Notes under the pieces: model-generated
What the model saw: only the letters and a program-made list of their open reading frames with translations
Database searches by the model: none
What the model was told of the DNA's origin: nothing
Program-made: the position numbers and the translations under genes
Part shown: one piece after another, positions 23,643 to 36,069 of the stretch
Numbering within the stretch: the stretch's first letter is position 1
Layout: every line of letters starts with the position of its first letter
DNA from: Ranitomeya imitator
Lineage: Eukaryota
Reading direction: 5' to 3'
Length of the DNA stretch: 64,000 nucleotides
Assembly (NCBI RefSeq): GCF_032444005.1
Contig: NC_091282.1
Location: 749,580,001 to 749,644,000 of the forward strand

Positions 23643-26600
23643 ACTTTCAAGGCCCAACACCCTGGCACGACAGGTACATCGGAGGACGACCCATTATCCC
23701 TATCGTGCTGGACGGAATTCCCCTCAACGCTTTGCTGGACACAGGTTCCCAGATTTCATCTATACCGTATATCCTTTATAAGAGGTACTGGGCTGATGCA
23801 GATATTGATAAAGGGCCCTCTGATGTTGAACTAGATATATGGGCCAGTAATGGTAAGTTGGTACCGAAACTAGGATTCAGGGAGATGACCATAAAGATTG
23901 GTAAAGTAGAACTGAAGAAACAGGGTATAATTGTTGTTGATGTTGACCGGCGGAACTGTGAACCAACTGTATTGATAGGAATGAATGTGTTAGAGAACTG
24001 CTTTTCCGAAGTCATTTCTGTCTTACAGCAAATTGCTGAAACTGCCCAATCCTGCCAGCAGAGAGTTCTCCGGAGGGAAATAAAAGTATTGATGTTAAGG
24101 CAACAGGTAGAAGTTGCAGGTGGAGAAATCGGCAGTGTGAGGGTAAGTGATCCAACGTCTATTGTAATCCCACCAAAAACAGAAATGCTGGTATGGTGTA
24201 GAGCAGCCATTGGTACTAAGGGACGAGATTATCAAGCCTTAATAGAACCAGTGTACACCAACAGCAGGCCCACTATACTCACAGCACGAGGGATAGTCGA
24301 GGTACACCGGGGACGAGTGCCGGTACGACTTTTGAACTGTGGAGAGGAAGAGGTCACTTTGCCAAGGTATGCTACAATGGCAAAGCTATATACTGTTGAC
24401 AACAATGCCATCACAACCATTGAGCCCTTAGAACCAACCTGTCAGGTGGAAGGCAATGGCTCAGATGGAGAAATGGAGGATTGGTGCCAACAGCTACACG
24501 TGGGCATAAATTCAACACCTACCCATCAAAAACAAGGGGTGTATAGGCTAGTGACGGAATATGAACAAGTCTTCAGTAAACACCCATTGGACTTCGGACG
24601 GATAGAAGGGGTAGAACACACAATCCCCACAGGTGACCATCCCCCAATAAAAGAAAGATATAGACCCATACCGCCCGCTCACTATCAATGTGCAAAAGAT
24701 ATGCTGAGGGAAATGAAACAGGCCGGGGTAATAAGAGACAGCTGTAGCCCCTGGGCGGCCCCTCTAGTGATTGTCAAAAAAAAGGACGGAACCATGAGAA
24801 TGTGCGTAGACTACCGGAAGATTAATAACATCACCCATAAAGACGCCTACCCCTTGCCTAGGATAGAAGAGTCCTTAACTGCTTTGAAATCTGCTAATTA
24901 TTTTTCCACCTTAGACTTAACAAGCGGGTATTGGCAAGTCCCTGTGGCTGAGAGAGATAAGGAAAAGACGGCATTCACCACACCAATGGGTCTATGTGAA
25001 TTTAATCGCATGCCGTTCGGACTCTGCAACGCATCCGGTACCTTCCAGCGGCTGATGGAATGCTGCCTCGGACACAAGAACTTCGAGACCGTCCTCCTGT
25101 ACCTAGATGATGTGATCGTCTACTCAAAGACTTACGAACAACACTTAATAGACCTGGCAGAAGTGTTCGAAGCCTTATCCAGGTATGGCATGAAAGTCAA
25201 GCCATCCAAATGTCACCTTCTCAAGCCAAAGGTACAGTACCTGGGACACATCGTGAGTTCAGAGGGAGTAGCACCAGATCCCGAGAAAATAAGCGCCATA
25301 AGGGATTGGCCAAGACCTACCAGCGCAAAAGAAGTGAGACAATTCCTGGGATTGGTGGGTTACTATCGCAGATTTATAAAAGGATTTACCAAGTTGGCAG
25401 CACCCTTGCAAGACACCTTGGTAGGGCAGACGAAGAAACCTTCAAACCGAAACCCTCCTTTTCAGTGGAACGACGAAAGGGAAGACTCCTTTGAACAACT
25501 AAAGAAGGCACTAACCGGAGAAGAGGTTCTGGCATACCCAGATTACCATAAACCTTTCATCCTCTACACCGATGCCAGTAATGTGGGACTAGGAGCGGTG
25601 CTGTCACAAAAGCAAGAAGGTCGGGAGAAAGTCATCGCCTTTGCAAGTAGAAAGCTCCGGCCTACTGAAAGAAATTCAGAAAATTACAGCTCCTTCAAAT
25701 TGGAACTACTGGCAGTAGTTTGGGCTGTGACGGAGCGTTTCAAACACTATCTGGCCGCTGCAGAATTTATTGTCTATACTGACAACAATCCGTTGACCCA
25801 CCTGGATACAGCCAAATTAGGTGCGTTAGAACAGCGATGGATAGCCCGGTTATCTAATTACAACTTCATAATCAAGTATCGAGCAGGTCGCAAGAATGGA
25901 AATGCCGATGCCCTATCCCGGATGCCACACTTGAGAGATGTAGAAGAGGAAACGGGAGAGCTTGAAGAAATTGAAATACCAGCCTTCCATCGTCCCAAGG
26001 CAAAACATCATCAGTCAAGTACCTATCAGAAACAACAAGAGGTGAATTTTAATCCGTTAGCACACCATAGATGGGCTGACACCCAAGACAGCAATCCGGC
26101 TGTGAAGTTGGTGAAGGAACTGTTGACTGAGCAAAGTGCATATCCCTATGAGGATGCCCCAGAAGAGACGCATCAACTCTGGAAAGAGAGAGGCAAAATG
26201 TTCCTGTATCAAGGGAAGCTCTGTAGAAGAAACACCAATCCGAAAACACATGAATTGGTTTGGCAGATTATTGTGCCTAAACAAGATGTGAAGATGGTCC
26301 TCGAAGCTTACCATAATGGTGCTGGTCACTTCGGTTGGAAAAAGTTAGAAGTACTTCTAAGAGAAAGATTTTATTGGGTCGGGATGAGAAAATCAATCGA
26401 ACAGTGGTGCAGAAATTGTGGCCCGTGTAACCTCAGAAGAAACGATCAAAAGAACCAAAGAGCACCACTGCAGCCCATAATCACCAAACAACCACTTGAA
26501 CTTGTAGCCATGGACCACGTGAAGTTGACACCAAGCCGGTCCGGCTATGTCTATGCCTTGACCATCGTGGACCATTATTCACGTTTCTTGGTAGTAGTAC

Positions 26601-27775
26601 CCGTAAAAGATCTGACAGCAAAAACAGCAGCCAAAGCGTTCCAAACGTACTTTTGTAGACCCCATGGATATCCGGAACAGGTTCTCACCGACCAAGGTAC
26701 AGCCTTTGAATCAGAGATCTTCAGAGAATTCTGTAATATGTATGGTTGCAAAAAGATCCGGACGACGGCCTATCATCCACAAACAAACGGCTTATGCGAG
26801 AAGATGAACCATATTGTAATAGACCTACTAAAGACTTTACCTGAGACAGAAAGGAATCAATGGCCAGAGAAATTGCCTGACTTGGTGGATCTGTATAATC
26901 ATGTCCCGGTGAGCTCCACCAACTGCACCCCAGCTTACCTTATGCGTGCAAGACCCGGCCAATTACCAATCGATCTAGAAATGGGAATTCTGAAACCAGA
27001 CGCAGAAGTTCAAGACTCCAATTGGGATATCATACGGCAAAAGCAGTATCGCCAAGTGCAAGAGAGTGTGGAAAGAAGCCTTCAGCAAACTAGAGAAAGA
27101 CAAGAGCGAACTTTCAACCAGAATGCTCTAGCGACCCCATTAAGACCAGGTGACCAAGTGCTCAAGAGAAATCGTCGAACCAATAAACTGGACAATCAGT
27201 GGGAAGCCGTACCCTACACAGTTTTACCAACAAGAGTGGATAATCCTAAAATGTGTCTCATTAGCAAAAACGGAGGCTTAACATCTGTACTAGTGTCAAG
27301 AGACAATCTTAAATTATGTCCGGAAGCATTGAAAGAGCCAGACGTTGTCCAGCCAGAACCAGAAGTTATTCAACCCATACAGGTTCAACCAGTAAAGGAA
27401 AAAGAAGAGGAAGTGTATCACACCTGTATAGGAGACTTTCCCAAAACCCTACTAACATACCATGGTGCAGTAGTGGTTCCCATGGTGGCCTTTTACCCAA
27501 CACCGAACCCAATACCAGAAGTCCCAAGACAGGAAGAGGCTGACCCCGTACTACAGGAGGTTCCAGGCCAGGAAGAACAGATTCCTGGTCAGAGTAATCC
27601 CATTCACGGTGGACTTGCCAACTCCATAGTCGTGGAATTATCTTTAGCAGAGCGGGCAGATACTACATCCGCAGTAGACAGTAGTACACCACATGAAGAG
27701 ACACCGCTATTACGTAGATCACAGCGTAGTACCCAGGGTCAATTACCGGCCAGGTATGCAGATTACCAACTATAA
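23639..27775 (+). CDS. pol: Pol polyprotein PR-RT-RNaseH-IN (1378 aa from first Met), -1 frame relative to gag
   Basis: LLDTGS protease. YLDD RT. RNase H DAS...ELLAV...DNNPL...DALS. Integrase H-H-CxxC plus D,D(35)E-type core. No stops. Confidence 0.97.
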   Translation: MNFQGPTPWHDRYIGGRPIIPIVLDGIPLNALLDTGSQISSIPYILYKRYWADADIDKGPSDVELDIWASNGKLVPKLGFREMTIKIGKVELKKQGIIVVDVDRRNCEPTVLIGMNVLENCFSEVISVLQQIAETAQSCQQRVLRREIKVLMLRQQVEVAGGEIGSVRVSDPTSIVIPPKTEMLVWCRAAIGTKGRDYQALIEPVYTNSRPTILTARGIVEVHRGRVPVRLLNCGEEEVTLPRYATMAKLYTVDNNAITTIEPLEPTCQVEGNGSDGEMEDWCQQLHVGINSTPTHQKQGVYRLVTEYEQVFSKHPLDFGRIEGVEHTIPTGDHPPIKERYRPIPPAHYQCAKDMLREMKQAGVIRDSCSPWAAPLVIVKKKDGTMRMCVDYRKINNITHKDAYPLPRIEESLTALKSANYFSTLDLTSGYWQVPVAERDKEKTAFTTPMGLCEFNRMPFGLCNASGTFQRLMECCLGHKNFETVLLYLDDVIVYSKTYEQHLIDLAEVFEALSRYGMKVKPSKCHLLKPKVQYLGHIVSSEGVAPDPEKISAIRDWPRPTSAKEVRQFLGLVGYYRRFIKGFTKLAAPLQDTLVGQTKKPSNRNPPFQWNDEREDSFEQLKKALTGEEVLAYPDYHKPFILYTDASNVGLGAVLSQKQEGREKVIAFASRKLRPTERNSENYSSFKLELLAVVWAVTERFKHYLAAAEFIVYTDNNPLTHLDTAKLGALEQRWIARLSNYNFIIKYRAGRKNGNADALSRMPHLRDVEEETGELEEIEIPAFHRPKAKHHQSSTYQKQQEVNFNPLAHHRWADTQDSNPAVKLVKELLTEQSAYPYEDAPEETHQLWKERGKMFLYQGKLCRRNTNPKTHELVWQIIVPKQDVKMVLEAYHNGAGHFGWKKLEVLLRERFYWVGMRKSIEQWCRNCGPCNLRRNDQKNQRAPLQPIITKQPLELVAMDHVKLTPSRSGYVYALTIVDHYSRFLVVVPVKDLTAKTAAKAFQTYFCRPHGYPEQVLTDQGTAFESEIFREFCNMYGCKKIRTTAYHPQTNGLCEKMNHIVIDLLKTLPETERNQWPEKLPDLVDLYNHVPVSSTNCTPAYLMRARPGQLPIDLEMGILKPDAEVQDSNWDIIRQKQYRQVQESVERSLQQTRERQERTFNQNALATPLRPGDQVLKRNRRTNKLDNQWEAVPYTVLPTRVDNPKMCLISKNGGLTSVLVSRDNLKLCPEALKEPDVVQPEPEVIQPIQVQPVKEKEEEVYHTCIGDFPKTLLTYHGAVVVPMVAFYPTPNPIPEVPRQEEADPVLQEVPGQEEQIPGQSNPIHGGLANSIVVELSLAERADTTSAVDSSTPHEETPLLRRSQRSTQGQLPARYADYQL

Positions 27776-28242
27776 AGCTCATAATGTGAATTCTATATAT
27801 GTTATGCCGTATATAGTTAAACAGAAAATGTAGTATAGTCATTGCTATCAGTCTGCAACGTTTAAGCCCAGTGCCTACAGAGACTTGTCTGTATGAACTT
27901 ATTGCATATTCTTGAACTTTTTATCAGCCCGGAGGCACTAAATCAAAGCTCCGGAAAGACTGCTTTTTGAACTTTGCTTTTTGCTCTTTTTGAACTTTCT
28001 TTAGACTTTATATTGATAACTCCGTTGGAAAAATGGAACTAAATTCCTGGACACTAAGTACAGTGCCGTTCCTAATACCTTCAAGGATAGAACTGTATTA
28101 ATGGACGCTATTTGAAGTGACTTTTTACAGAACTCTATTTTTGTTTCCTTGAGTGGTTTTTGTAACTTTTCATTTTTAAGACTCTGTACATATTAATTGT
28201 TATTTCAAAATGTTATTGTCCCACAGTCCCGGAGTACTGTTC

Positions 28243-28257
28243 TTAACTAAGGGGGAA
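28243..28257 (+). promoter_or_regulatory. Polypurine tract
   Basis: TTAACTAAGGGGGAA immediately before the 3' LTR. Confidence 0.85.
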
Positions 28258-29146
28258 TGTGGCACCCCTAGGGGTATTTGCCACAAAAATAGTTACTGAC
28301 AGTAAGTACAAATACTAAAATAGCAAGACTGCACTACCACCTCCGGCCAGAAGGGGGAGCTCCAGAGACTCCCCTTGATCCATTCTGGTCTGAGAGAAGA
28401 AATGGCAGTTGGGCCAAGGAGCTGATAGTGAGAGGTCATACAGTTGAATCTCTAACAGCCCTGTGACTGTTACCAGGCCTAAATCACCGGCCTGAGGAGA
28501 AGAGGGATAGAGAAAAAGGACATTGTGAGAACCGGGTAGCATTAATCACTACCCAGAACAGGCGCAAAGACGGATACCGGATCCGTGGCTGTATTCATTA
28601 TATATAATACAGCAACCGGAAAAACGTGAGGTGATATCAGCTTCACTAGGGTCGGATGCAGCAACAGACACAGAGTTCAGCGGTACTCCCGGAGGGGGTA
28701 AACCGATAAAAGGACTCGGGTTGCCCGTCGAACCAGGACCCGGAGGGGACAGATTGGGCCGGCAGCCAGTTCACATACAGCAGCAGGGCCACACAGAAAT
28801 TGCGCACAATAAGAGGCGAAGACCCCGGCAGGGTCAAAGTAACTCAGAGTTCCCATACAGACTCCGGTGACAGGACTGGTTGTAAATCCTTTTATGTTAA
28901 AGTAAACTGGTTAAACGTTTCAGTGCCTCAGTCTTTCATTTGGACAATAGCCATCTATCCAGGATCAGGATCGTCACCGCTGGGAGAACCTGCTGCTGAT
29001 CAAGTAAGTGCCTGTCCCCTCATGATACCCCTCACACTGTGCATTGCCTGAGGCCACAGCACCGGGTCAAGCCACCCGTGACATCCCCCTCAAGAGACAG
29101 ACTCCATTGGTCCGGTGCTGGGTATCCCGGTCTCCTGGGCGTCACA
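28258..29146 (+). repeat. 3' LTR
   Basis: Direct repeat of 21243-22131. Confidence 0.97.
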
Positions 29147-30445
29147 CTTATATCCTTCTTCAAGTTAGCTTTGTGTAATGAAGGAGCTTGTCTAGAAATG
29201 CTGTATGTGCATTTGCAAATTAATTGCTTGGTCACCCTTTTAATTATGTTTTAGGATTAGAATTAAATGAGTTCTACAGAAAAAAACAAGCAATTTACAA
29301 ATATACTTCAAGACTGAAAGGTGCCCCCATGTTCATGTGCAAGTCCCATTCCCAGGTCATGGCAGGTCTTCTCCCAGTTAGTGTCCCAAACAGGACAATG
29401 CTTCCTGTGTCGGCCTGTAATTAGAGCAGAGCTGTTTGGAAACTCAGCCAGCCCCCTTCACACATTGCTCTAGTTAAAAAAAAGGCTGTCCAGTATAGGG
29501 CAGATATTCGAGGAAGACCTTCAAAGTCCAAGGACAAGAACTTTAGATCAGAACACCTTTTAGATCTCAAGAGTACTAGTAAGTGTCATGACTTAATAAT
29601 GTAGGTTTATTAACCCCTTTGAAACTAAGCCTGTTTTCACCTAAATGACAGGGCCAATTTTTACAATTCTGACTACTGTCACTTTATAAGGTTATAACTC
29701 TGGAAAGCTTCAACGGATCCTAGTGATTCTGACACTGTTTTCTTGTGACATATTGCACTTTATGATAATGGTAAGATTTCTTCAATATGACTTGTGTTTA
29801 TTTGTCAAAAAAATGAAAGTTTGGTGAAAATTTTGCAATTTTCAAACTTTTAGTTTTTATGCCTGTAATTGCCCAAATGTCTGCTTTACATCAGCACAAT
29901 TTTGGAAACACAGATTTCTTTGTTAGGACGTTATAAGGGTTAAAAAATGACCAGCGATTTCTCATTTTTACAATAACATTTTGCAAAACCTTTTTTTAGG
30001 GACCACCTCACACTTGAAGTGACTTTGAGGGGACTATATGACAGAAAATGACTATAAGGGACACCATTCCAAAAACTGCACCCCTCAAGGTACTCAAAAC
30101 CACATTCAAGAAGTTTATTAACCCTTCGGGTGCTTCACAGGAATTTTTGGAATGTTTAAAAAAATGAACATCTAACTTTTTTCACCAAAAAATTACTTCA
30201 GATCCAATTTATTTTATTTTACTAAGGGTAACAGGAGAAATTGGACTCCAAAAGTTGTTGTAAAATTTGTCCTGAGTGCGCTGATGCAACATATATGCAG
30301 GTAAACCACTGTTTGGGCGCACAGCAGAGCTCGGAAGGGAAGGAGCGCCCTTTTGACTTTTCAATGCAAAATTGGTTGGAATCGAGATCAGACGCGATGT
30401 TGCATTTGGAGAGCCCCTGATGTGCCTAAACAGTGGAAACCCCCC

Positions 30446-30735
30446 AATTCTAACTCCAACCCTAACCTGAACACACCCCTAACCCTAATCCCAACCCTAA
30501 CCATAACGCTAACCACAACCCTAAATCGAACGTGCCCCTAACCCTAATCCCAACCCTAACCCCAACACACCTCTAACCCTAATCCCAACCCTAACCATAA
30601 CCCTAACCACACCCCTAACCCTAATCCCAACCCTAAACCCAACCATAAACATAATCCAAACCCTAACCCTAACTTTAGCCCCAACCCTAACCCTATCTTT
30701 AGCCCCAACCCTAACCCTATCTTTAGCCCTAACCA
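30446..30735 (+). repeat. Degenerate (CCCTAA)n-like array inside the DNA element
   Basis: CCCTAA/CCCCAA/CCATAA/CTTTAG hexamer variants with higher-order repeats. Confidence 0.85.
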
Positions 30736-31434
30736 TAATGGGAAAATGGAAATAAGTACATTTTTTTATTTTATTATTTTTCCCTAACTAAGGGGGTGAT
30801 AAAGGGGGTCTGATTTACTATTTATAGCGGGGTTTTTTAGCGGGTTTTTATGTTTGGCAGCTGTCACACACTAAAAGACGCTTTTTATTGCAAAAAATAG
30901 ATTTTACATTGTCGGGGTCGTCACGACAATACCCTTCATCCACCAGTCATTCCAAATCAGATTAGGAGCATGTTGGTACCGGATAAGAATGAGTCAGACA
31001 CAATGCTGGTTCAAACTCATAGCATGCTCGTGTGTCCACACGTAGTGGGAACGTCACAGCAACTACTGAACTTTATTTCCTAAAACACAATATTACATGA
31101 TCTATTGGGGGAAGGTGTGCAGAGGGCGGGGATAGGCAGGGGTTAAGCAATGTATCTAGTATTCAGTCCTTCTGATTGGCTCTGGCATCTTCAGATGAAT
31201 CTTCCTTTGTCTACATCTTGTCCAGTTTCGAATTCCAGAGAAATGTTACTTGTCCTTCTGGAATGTGCAACTTGTTCCTTCAGCCTGAAAGTGGGGCAAA
31301 GGTGAATACTGGCAGCCATCTTAAATACAGTTAAATTTGCATTTGGCAAGCAAAGGGGAAAAACTTATTGTTTCACAGCATAAGAGTATATAAAAGTACA
31401 AAAGAGTATTAAGACGTATATTTTTACCTTGACA

Positions 31435-31447
31435 ATCCCCCCTAAAC
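31435..31447 (-). promoter_or_regulatory. ERV polypurine tract
   Basis: Minus strand TTTAGGGGGGAT directly before the 3' LTR. Confidence 0.75.
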
Positions 31448-31610
31448 ACTAAGTTTTTCCCTAAAAAGAAAGATCCTTCGAGACTGTCCATATGATGGGG
31501 AAAGGGGAGGTGGATTTCTTCATCCAGACACCTCAGAAGCTCTCCCCTTGTGAGAGGCCTCCAGGCAGCTGAACCCTTCACTAGCTTCACATGGAGTTCT
31601 CCCGCTGTCC

Positions 31611-33302
31611 CTAAACTAAATCTCTTAGCATCATCTGAGAGTAAGGGGTTTTGTCTATCTTCTTGAGGGGGACGTACTTAGGGATCTCCCCTGGATCAGT
31701 ACTATCGTACTCTGGTGGGTCTACTTCTTGGTTGAGGAAGGTGCCAGTCGGAGTTGCCTCAGTGATTATCTTTTTATACAGGGGAATAACACAACAGAGG
31801 ACTATCGATCCAACTACAAGAAGGGCAATCAGTACCAGACAAGCTTGTTGAAGGAATCCTTTGAGCCCACCCAACCAACCGGAAAAGAAAGATGTGTATG
31901 TGTCTGCTCCTGCATTAGTTTTTAATTCTGCTGCTAACCCATTTATCTTTTTAAGAGCTATCAGAGTTCTGAGGGATATAGGTACAACATTCCTCTCCCA
32001 CCATCCCACAAACTCCTCCTTTCTCAGCTAAGATCATATCGAGGGCTAGTCGGTTTTGGAGGGTCATTCTAGTGTTAGGGCCCAACTCCTCAACTATACC
32101 CTGGAAAGCATCACAGGTAAAATTGACAAACCTTTGTTCACTGTAATATATGTAATTGATCCCATCAACATTTTTATTAATCTGCACCTGTGGGATTAAA
32201 GAAACAAAGCTAGCATAGATCTGGTTCTCGGCTTTAAACTGGTCAGGCACCCCCCTTGGCACTCCAATGCCATCGACATATACCAATGGATCTTCTTCAT
32301 AACTCATGTGGAGCTGATCGAGACTTCTCTTCTTTCTGGTATATTCATCAGGTGTCTCTGGATCCCAAGGTAAAATCTTGAACTGCATAGCTAGTTTAAC
32401 AAGGGTACATTGACCTGTCCAGGCATTAGGCAACCTAGGATGGAGCTTACCATCTCCACATAACCAATAAATGTCGTACATATACTGTGTATGATTAGCT
32501 AGCAAATCAGTATCCAGGGAACTGTTCTCTTTGCAGAAACCTATCTCGAAGACCCCTACTGGTGTACCTGTAGTGTCATGGGAATTATAGCAGGTATAAT
32601 TATCAGCTAACACAGTTATCCCTCCTGGGACCTTTAGTTTAGGTGCTTCATGAATTAGTGGGACATAATCTGAGCAATCAGTGGGCTTTAGACCCTTCAA
32701 CAGATTCATAACACAGGTAGTGGTATTGTCATCAGGAAAAAACAATGCATGTGTGTGTAGATATATATTCGCTGCAGCACAAGCAATACATCCTACAGAG
32801 ATACTCTGGACTCTTACATTGTACCTTACCCATTCTAACCATAAATTTGTCCTTGGGACTGTTTGTGTTTCTATAGGGAAGACTTCTTGCCAACTAAGAC
32901 CTGGAATGGGGATTACTTCGTTAACTATATTTTGCAAACGTTCACCTAGGCCTGGTTTAGCTGTACTGGTAACGGGGGCCTTGGTTGGTCTGAAGCTAAT
33001 ATCCTGGAGCTGTATATGGCCTAAATTCCCATAGTATCCACTATTAAACACATTATGAAAATATCTTCCCAGCACAATTGTTATCTCTGGTAACACATAT
33101 ATAATACTGGATAATTCCCTCTACCACCCGCTGAGTCTCGGGGCACTTGACTACATCGCAGAAATCAAATCTCCAGATATTTACCGGGGCCGTTAGGTTT
33201 TACCCAGAGAATAGTGACAACGGAATTCTTATTTACAATAGGGGCCGGAAAGGTAGGGGCAAGGATGACCCCTGGCCCTAGGACCAAAAACAACAGCAAC
33301 AT
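31611..33302 (-). pseudogene. env: Gamma-type env, frameshifted
   Basis: Hydrophobic leader MLLLFLVLGPGVILA from 33302. SU CIAC (CxxC). Furin site RKKR/SL. ISD LQNRLALDMILAEKGGVC and CX6CC. Membrane anchor (ACLVLIALLVVGSIVLCC) in another frame. Frameshifts near 33170, 33070 and 31970. Confidence 0.92.
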
Positions 33303-33479
33303 TTTCCTTCGATCACCACTGTGACTAAGCGCTGGTTCGGTCTCTTTTGCAGTGTGCAGCGTAGATCCAGGTGCTCTTTCCTTCAGGTTTTACTGACATA
33401 GCTTTTCACGACCATAAGACCACCAGGCTTCAAATTGTGACCAATATCGGTTTCTGCTGAATCTGGAAGGAAAGAAAAA

Positions 33480-35135
33480 AACTAAAACATAGGTGTTAGC
33501 AACATTTTTACTAAGCTGAATAACATATTGAACAGCACGGTCAGTTTCTTCTGACAACTAATGAGACTGGAAATTTGCAACTGAGAACCTAGCACCAAAC
33601 AATATCTCATATGGGGACAGGCCATGTTTTGCCTTATGGGTAGTACGAACGTGTAAGAGCCCTGACCATGGAGCCGTAGTCTCCTGCATCATTTTGGTCA
33701 ATTGTCCCTTCAGTGCACCGTTCAGCCTCTTAACTTTCCCACTGGATTGTGGAGAGTATGGAGGGCTACAGTGGATCCAAGCATTGTCAGAACCTCCTGA
33801 TACACATGAGAAGGAAAGGCCGGGTCTTGGTCACTTTCAGCAACTTCTGGAACACCATATCTGTATTCGACTTCCATCACCAGTTTCTTCTCTGTGGTCT
33901 TTGCAGTCACGTTGGTAACGGAGAATGCTTCTGGCCAACTGGAGAACATGTCGACAACCACCAGACAATATTCATACCTTCCAGACTTAGGCAACGTGAT
34001 GAGGTCCTGTCGTCCACCTGGAGCTTTTGGAAAGGATAATCAGGCTTAGCAAGATGCTTCGGGGTTACACGTTGAAGTTGACCGGGTTTGCAGGTCTGAC
34101 AGATACCTCGATGTGTGGGCCCATGCGCCCACGTGACAATAGCAGGGTAAATCCGCTTAGAGAGACACACAAGTTGGCCCTTTTTCCAGCGACCATTGTC
34201 CATACGTGCTCCATCAGCTTTCCACTGCTTCACTTCTTTCTTTGGAGACATTCTCTGCATCGTCATTAAGCGGTCTTGCGGGGTCCGGCAGAAAACCTCA
34301 GTCTGGCATAGATCATCAGGTTCCTGTAGAGTCAGTGTTTCTTGTAACTGTTTACGCTGAGAGCGTGTGGTCACCATAGCTGGTATGGTCTGTTCAACGG
34401 GTAGAAGAGCAGCGGCTTTTGCTTGCATATCCGCAAAGGCGTTACCAATAGTATGTGGTCTGTTCCATGGTACCGTGCTCCTTAACTTTGATAATGGCCA
34501 CCTGAGTAGGTAATTCGATTGAGTCCATGAGGGTTTTAACAGCTTCAGCATTCTTCACTGAGTCCCGGCGGTAGTAACAAATCCTCGATTGGCTCATAGG
34601 CTCCGAAATCATGAACAATACCAAATGCATACTGTGAGTCCGTGTATATATTAGCCCGTCTGTCTTTGGCTTGTGCTGACAGGGAGGGAGGGAGTGCAGC
34701 TCCGTGCACTACAGTGTCTTCCGTAGTAACAGCGTATCCTGTGTGGAGTCTGCCAAAATCATCACCATATCTTGAACAGTCTTTCAGGGCCTTGTAGAGA
34801 GGTAACATTATGCGGGATGCGTCCGGTATCCACTGACAACAATAAGTACATAATCCAAGGAAACGCTGGAGTTCAGTCTCATCTTTTGGGAATGGAAGGG
34901 AGCTGACGGCTATTTCTCTTCTTTCTTCTGTGAGGTGTCTGGCACCCTGAAGGAGACAGTGACCCAAAAATATCACTTGACCAAGGCAGAACCGAATTTT
35001 CAAGGCCGAAACCCGACAGTTCAGATCTGCCGGATACTTGAGAAAACTAACAGTGGCAACAATGGCTTCCTGCTCTGTCTGTGCACACAACAAAAAAAAA
35101 CAAAAAATTACCCACATACTGAAGCAGCATAACAT
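33480..35135 (-). pseudogene. pol: ERV pol remnants (RT, RNase H, integrase) with large deletions
   Basis: QVIFLGH, LQRFLGLCTYCCQWIPD (RT). ANIYTDSQYAFGIVHDFG (RNase H). YCLVVVDMFSSWPEAF...ESDQ (integrase). Confidence 0.88.
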
Positions 35136-35249
35136 AGGGATATTCTAACTGACAGGGTTAAACACACTATCCCCCTATTTTTTTTTTTTTTTTAAACTGA
35201 TTGGGAAAGGACATGTGAGATACACATCTCATTATACTCATCTACATAG

Positions 35250-36069
35250 GGGTTATATAACATAAATACATCTGACCATCATCTTGGCTCACCAACTCTC
35301 TAGGTCTGCTTAGGTGCACTTATACGTCCATCATATTATCTTTGTCTGTAAAATGGGAAAGGTTTGTTCTCAGGGTCAGCCAATTATTTTAGCGTAGCTA
35401 GCTAGTCAGAGGGCTTCCAGGGATAATACTCCTGTATCTGTCTTACACTACCTGATGTGGTTGGTTCTCTAGTGGTGGGGGTGACTAGATGACCGGTTGG
35501 GGTTGACATGACATGCTGGTCTACAGCTCCTTCCCAAAAGGATTACTGTCAGCCTACTCCCAAAGTTAATGTCCCCACTACCCACTATCCTGTGTCAGCT
35601 TCTTATATCACTACATCACTACATGTGATCTTATCTGGACAGGAATCAGTGTAATTCACTTAGGTCGAGTTGCAGCACAGTTTATACAAGCATTTCTCCA
35701 GTCTGGGTTTGTCTGACCGCAATATTTACAAATCCATCTGTCTTGTCTTGGTCTGAAAACCAACATGGCGAGAGAGATTTCCAGACACAGGGTTAAAATG
35801 AATATTGGAGCGTAAGACTAGATTTGTGTAAGGGAGGGGGAGCTGGAGCTGAAGTCTTCTGCTTCTTGGGCCACTGATAAGGAAGCGAGCTGCGAGTTGT
35901 GTCCTTGAAGCTGCGAGGGGAGGGGGACTAGAGAGCGAGTGAGGATCGCTGCAGCTGCTGATACAGACTGGGTTAAGTTCTTCTGGAAACTCTGGCCCCC
36001 CTTTCCCTGGCCGGCAGCACAAAGAGGAGAAGTCAAAAAACAATTCGCGCAGGGGTTCACCCCTCCCAT
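35250..36069 (-). pseudogene. gag: ERV gag remnants
   Basis: MGG start at 36069. Decayed capsid-like YYPWKPSD...LADPENKP near 35300-35440. Many stops. Confidence 0.5.

Larger units (their letters stand above)
21243..29146 (+). mobile_element. Full-length intact Ty3/gypsy LTR retrotransposon
   Basis: Two 889-bp TG...CA LTRs, PBS, PPT, open gag and pol. Flanks CTAA / CTTA (4-bp TSD with one mismatch). Confidence 0.98.

Noticed and set aside
30446-30735. Interstitial telomere or chromosome-fusion scar
   Set aside because: Highly degenerate, single orientation, and embedded within a TTAA DNA element.
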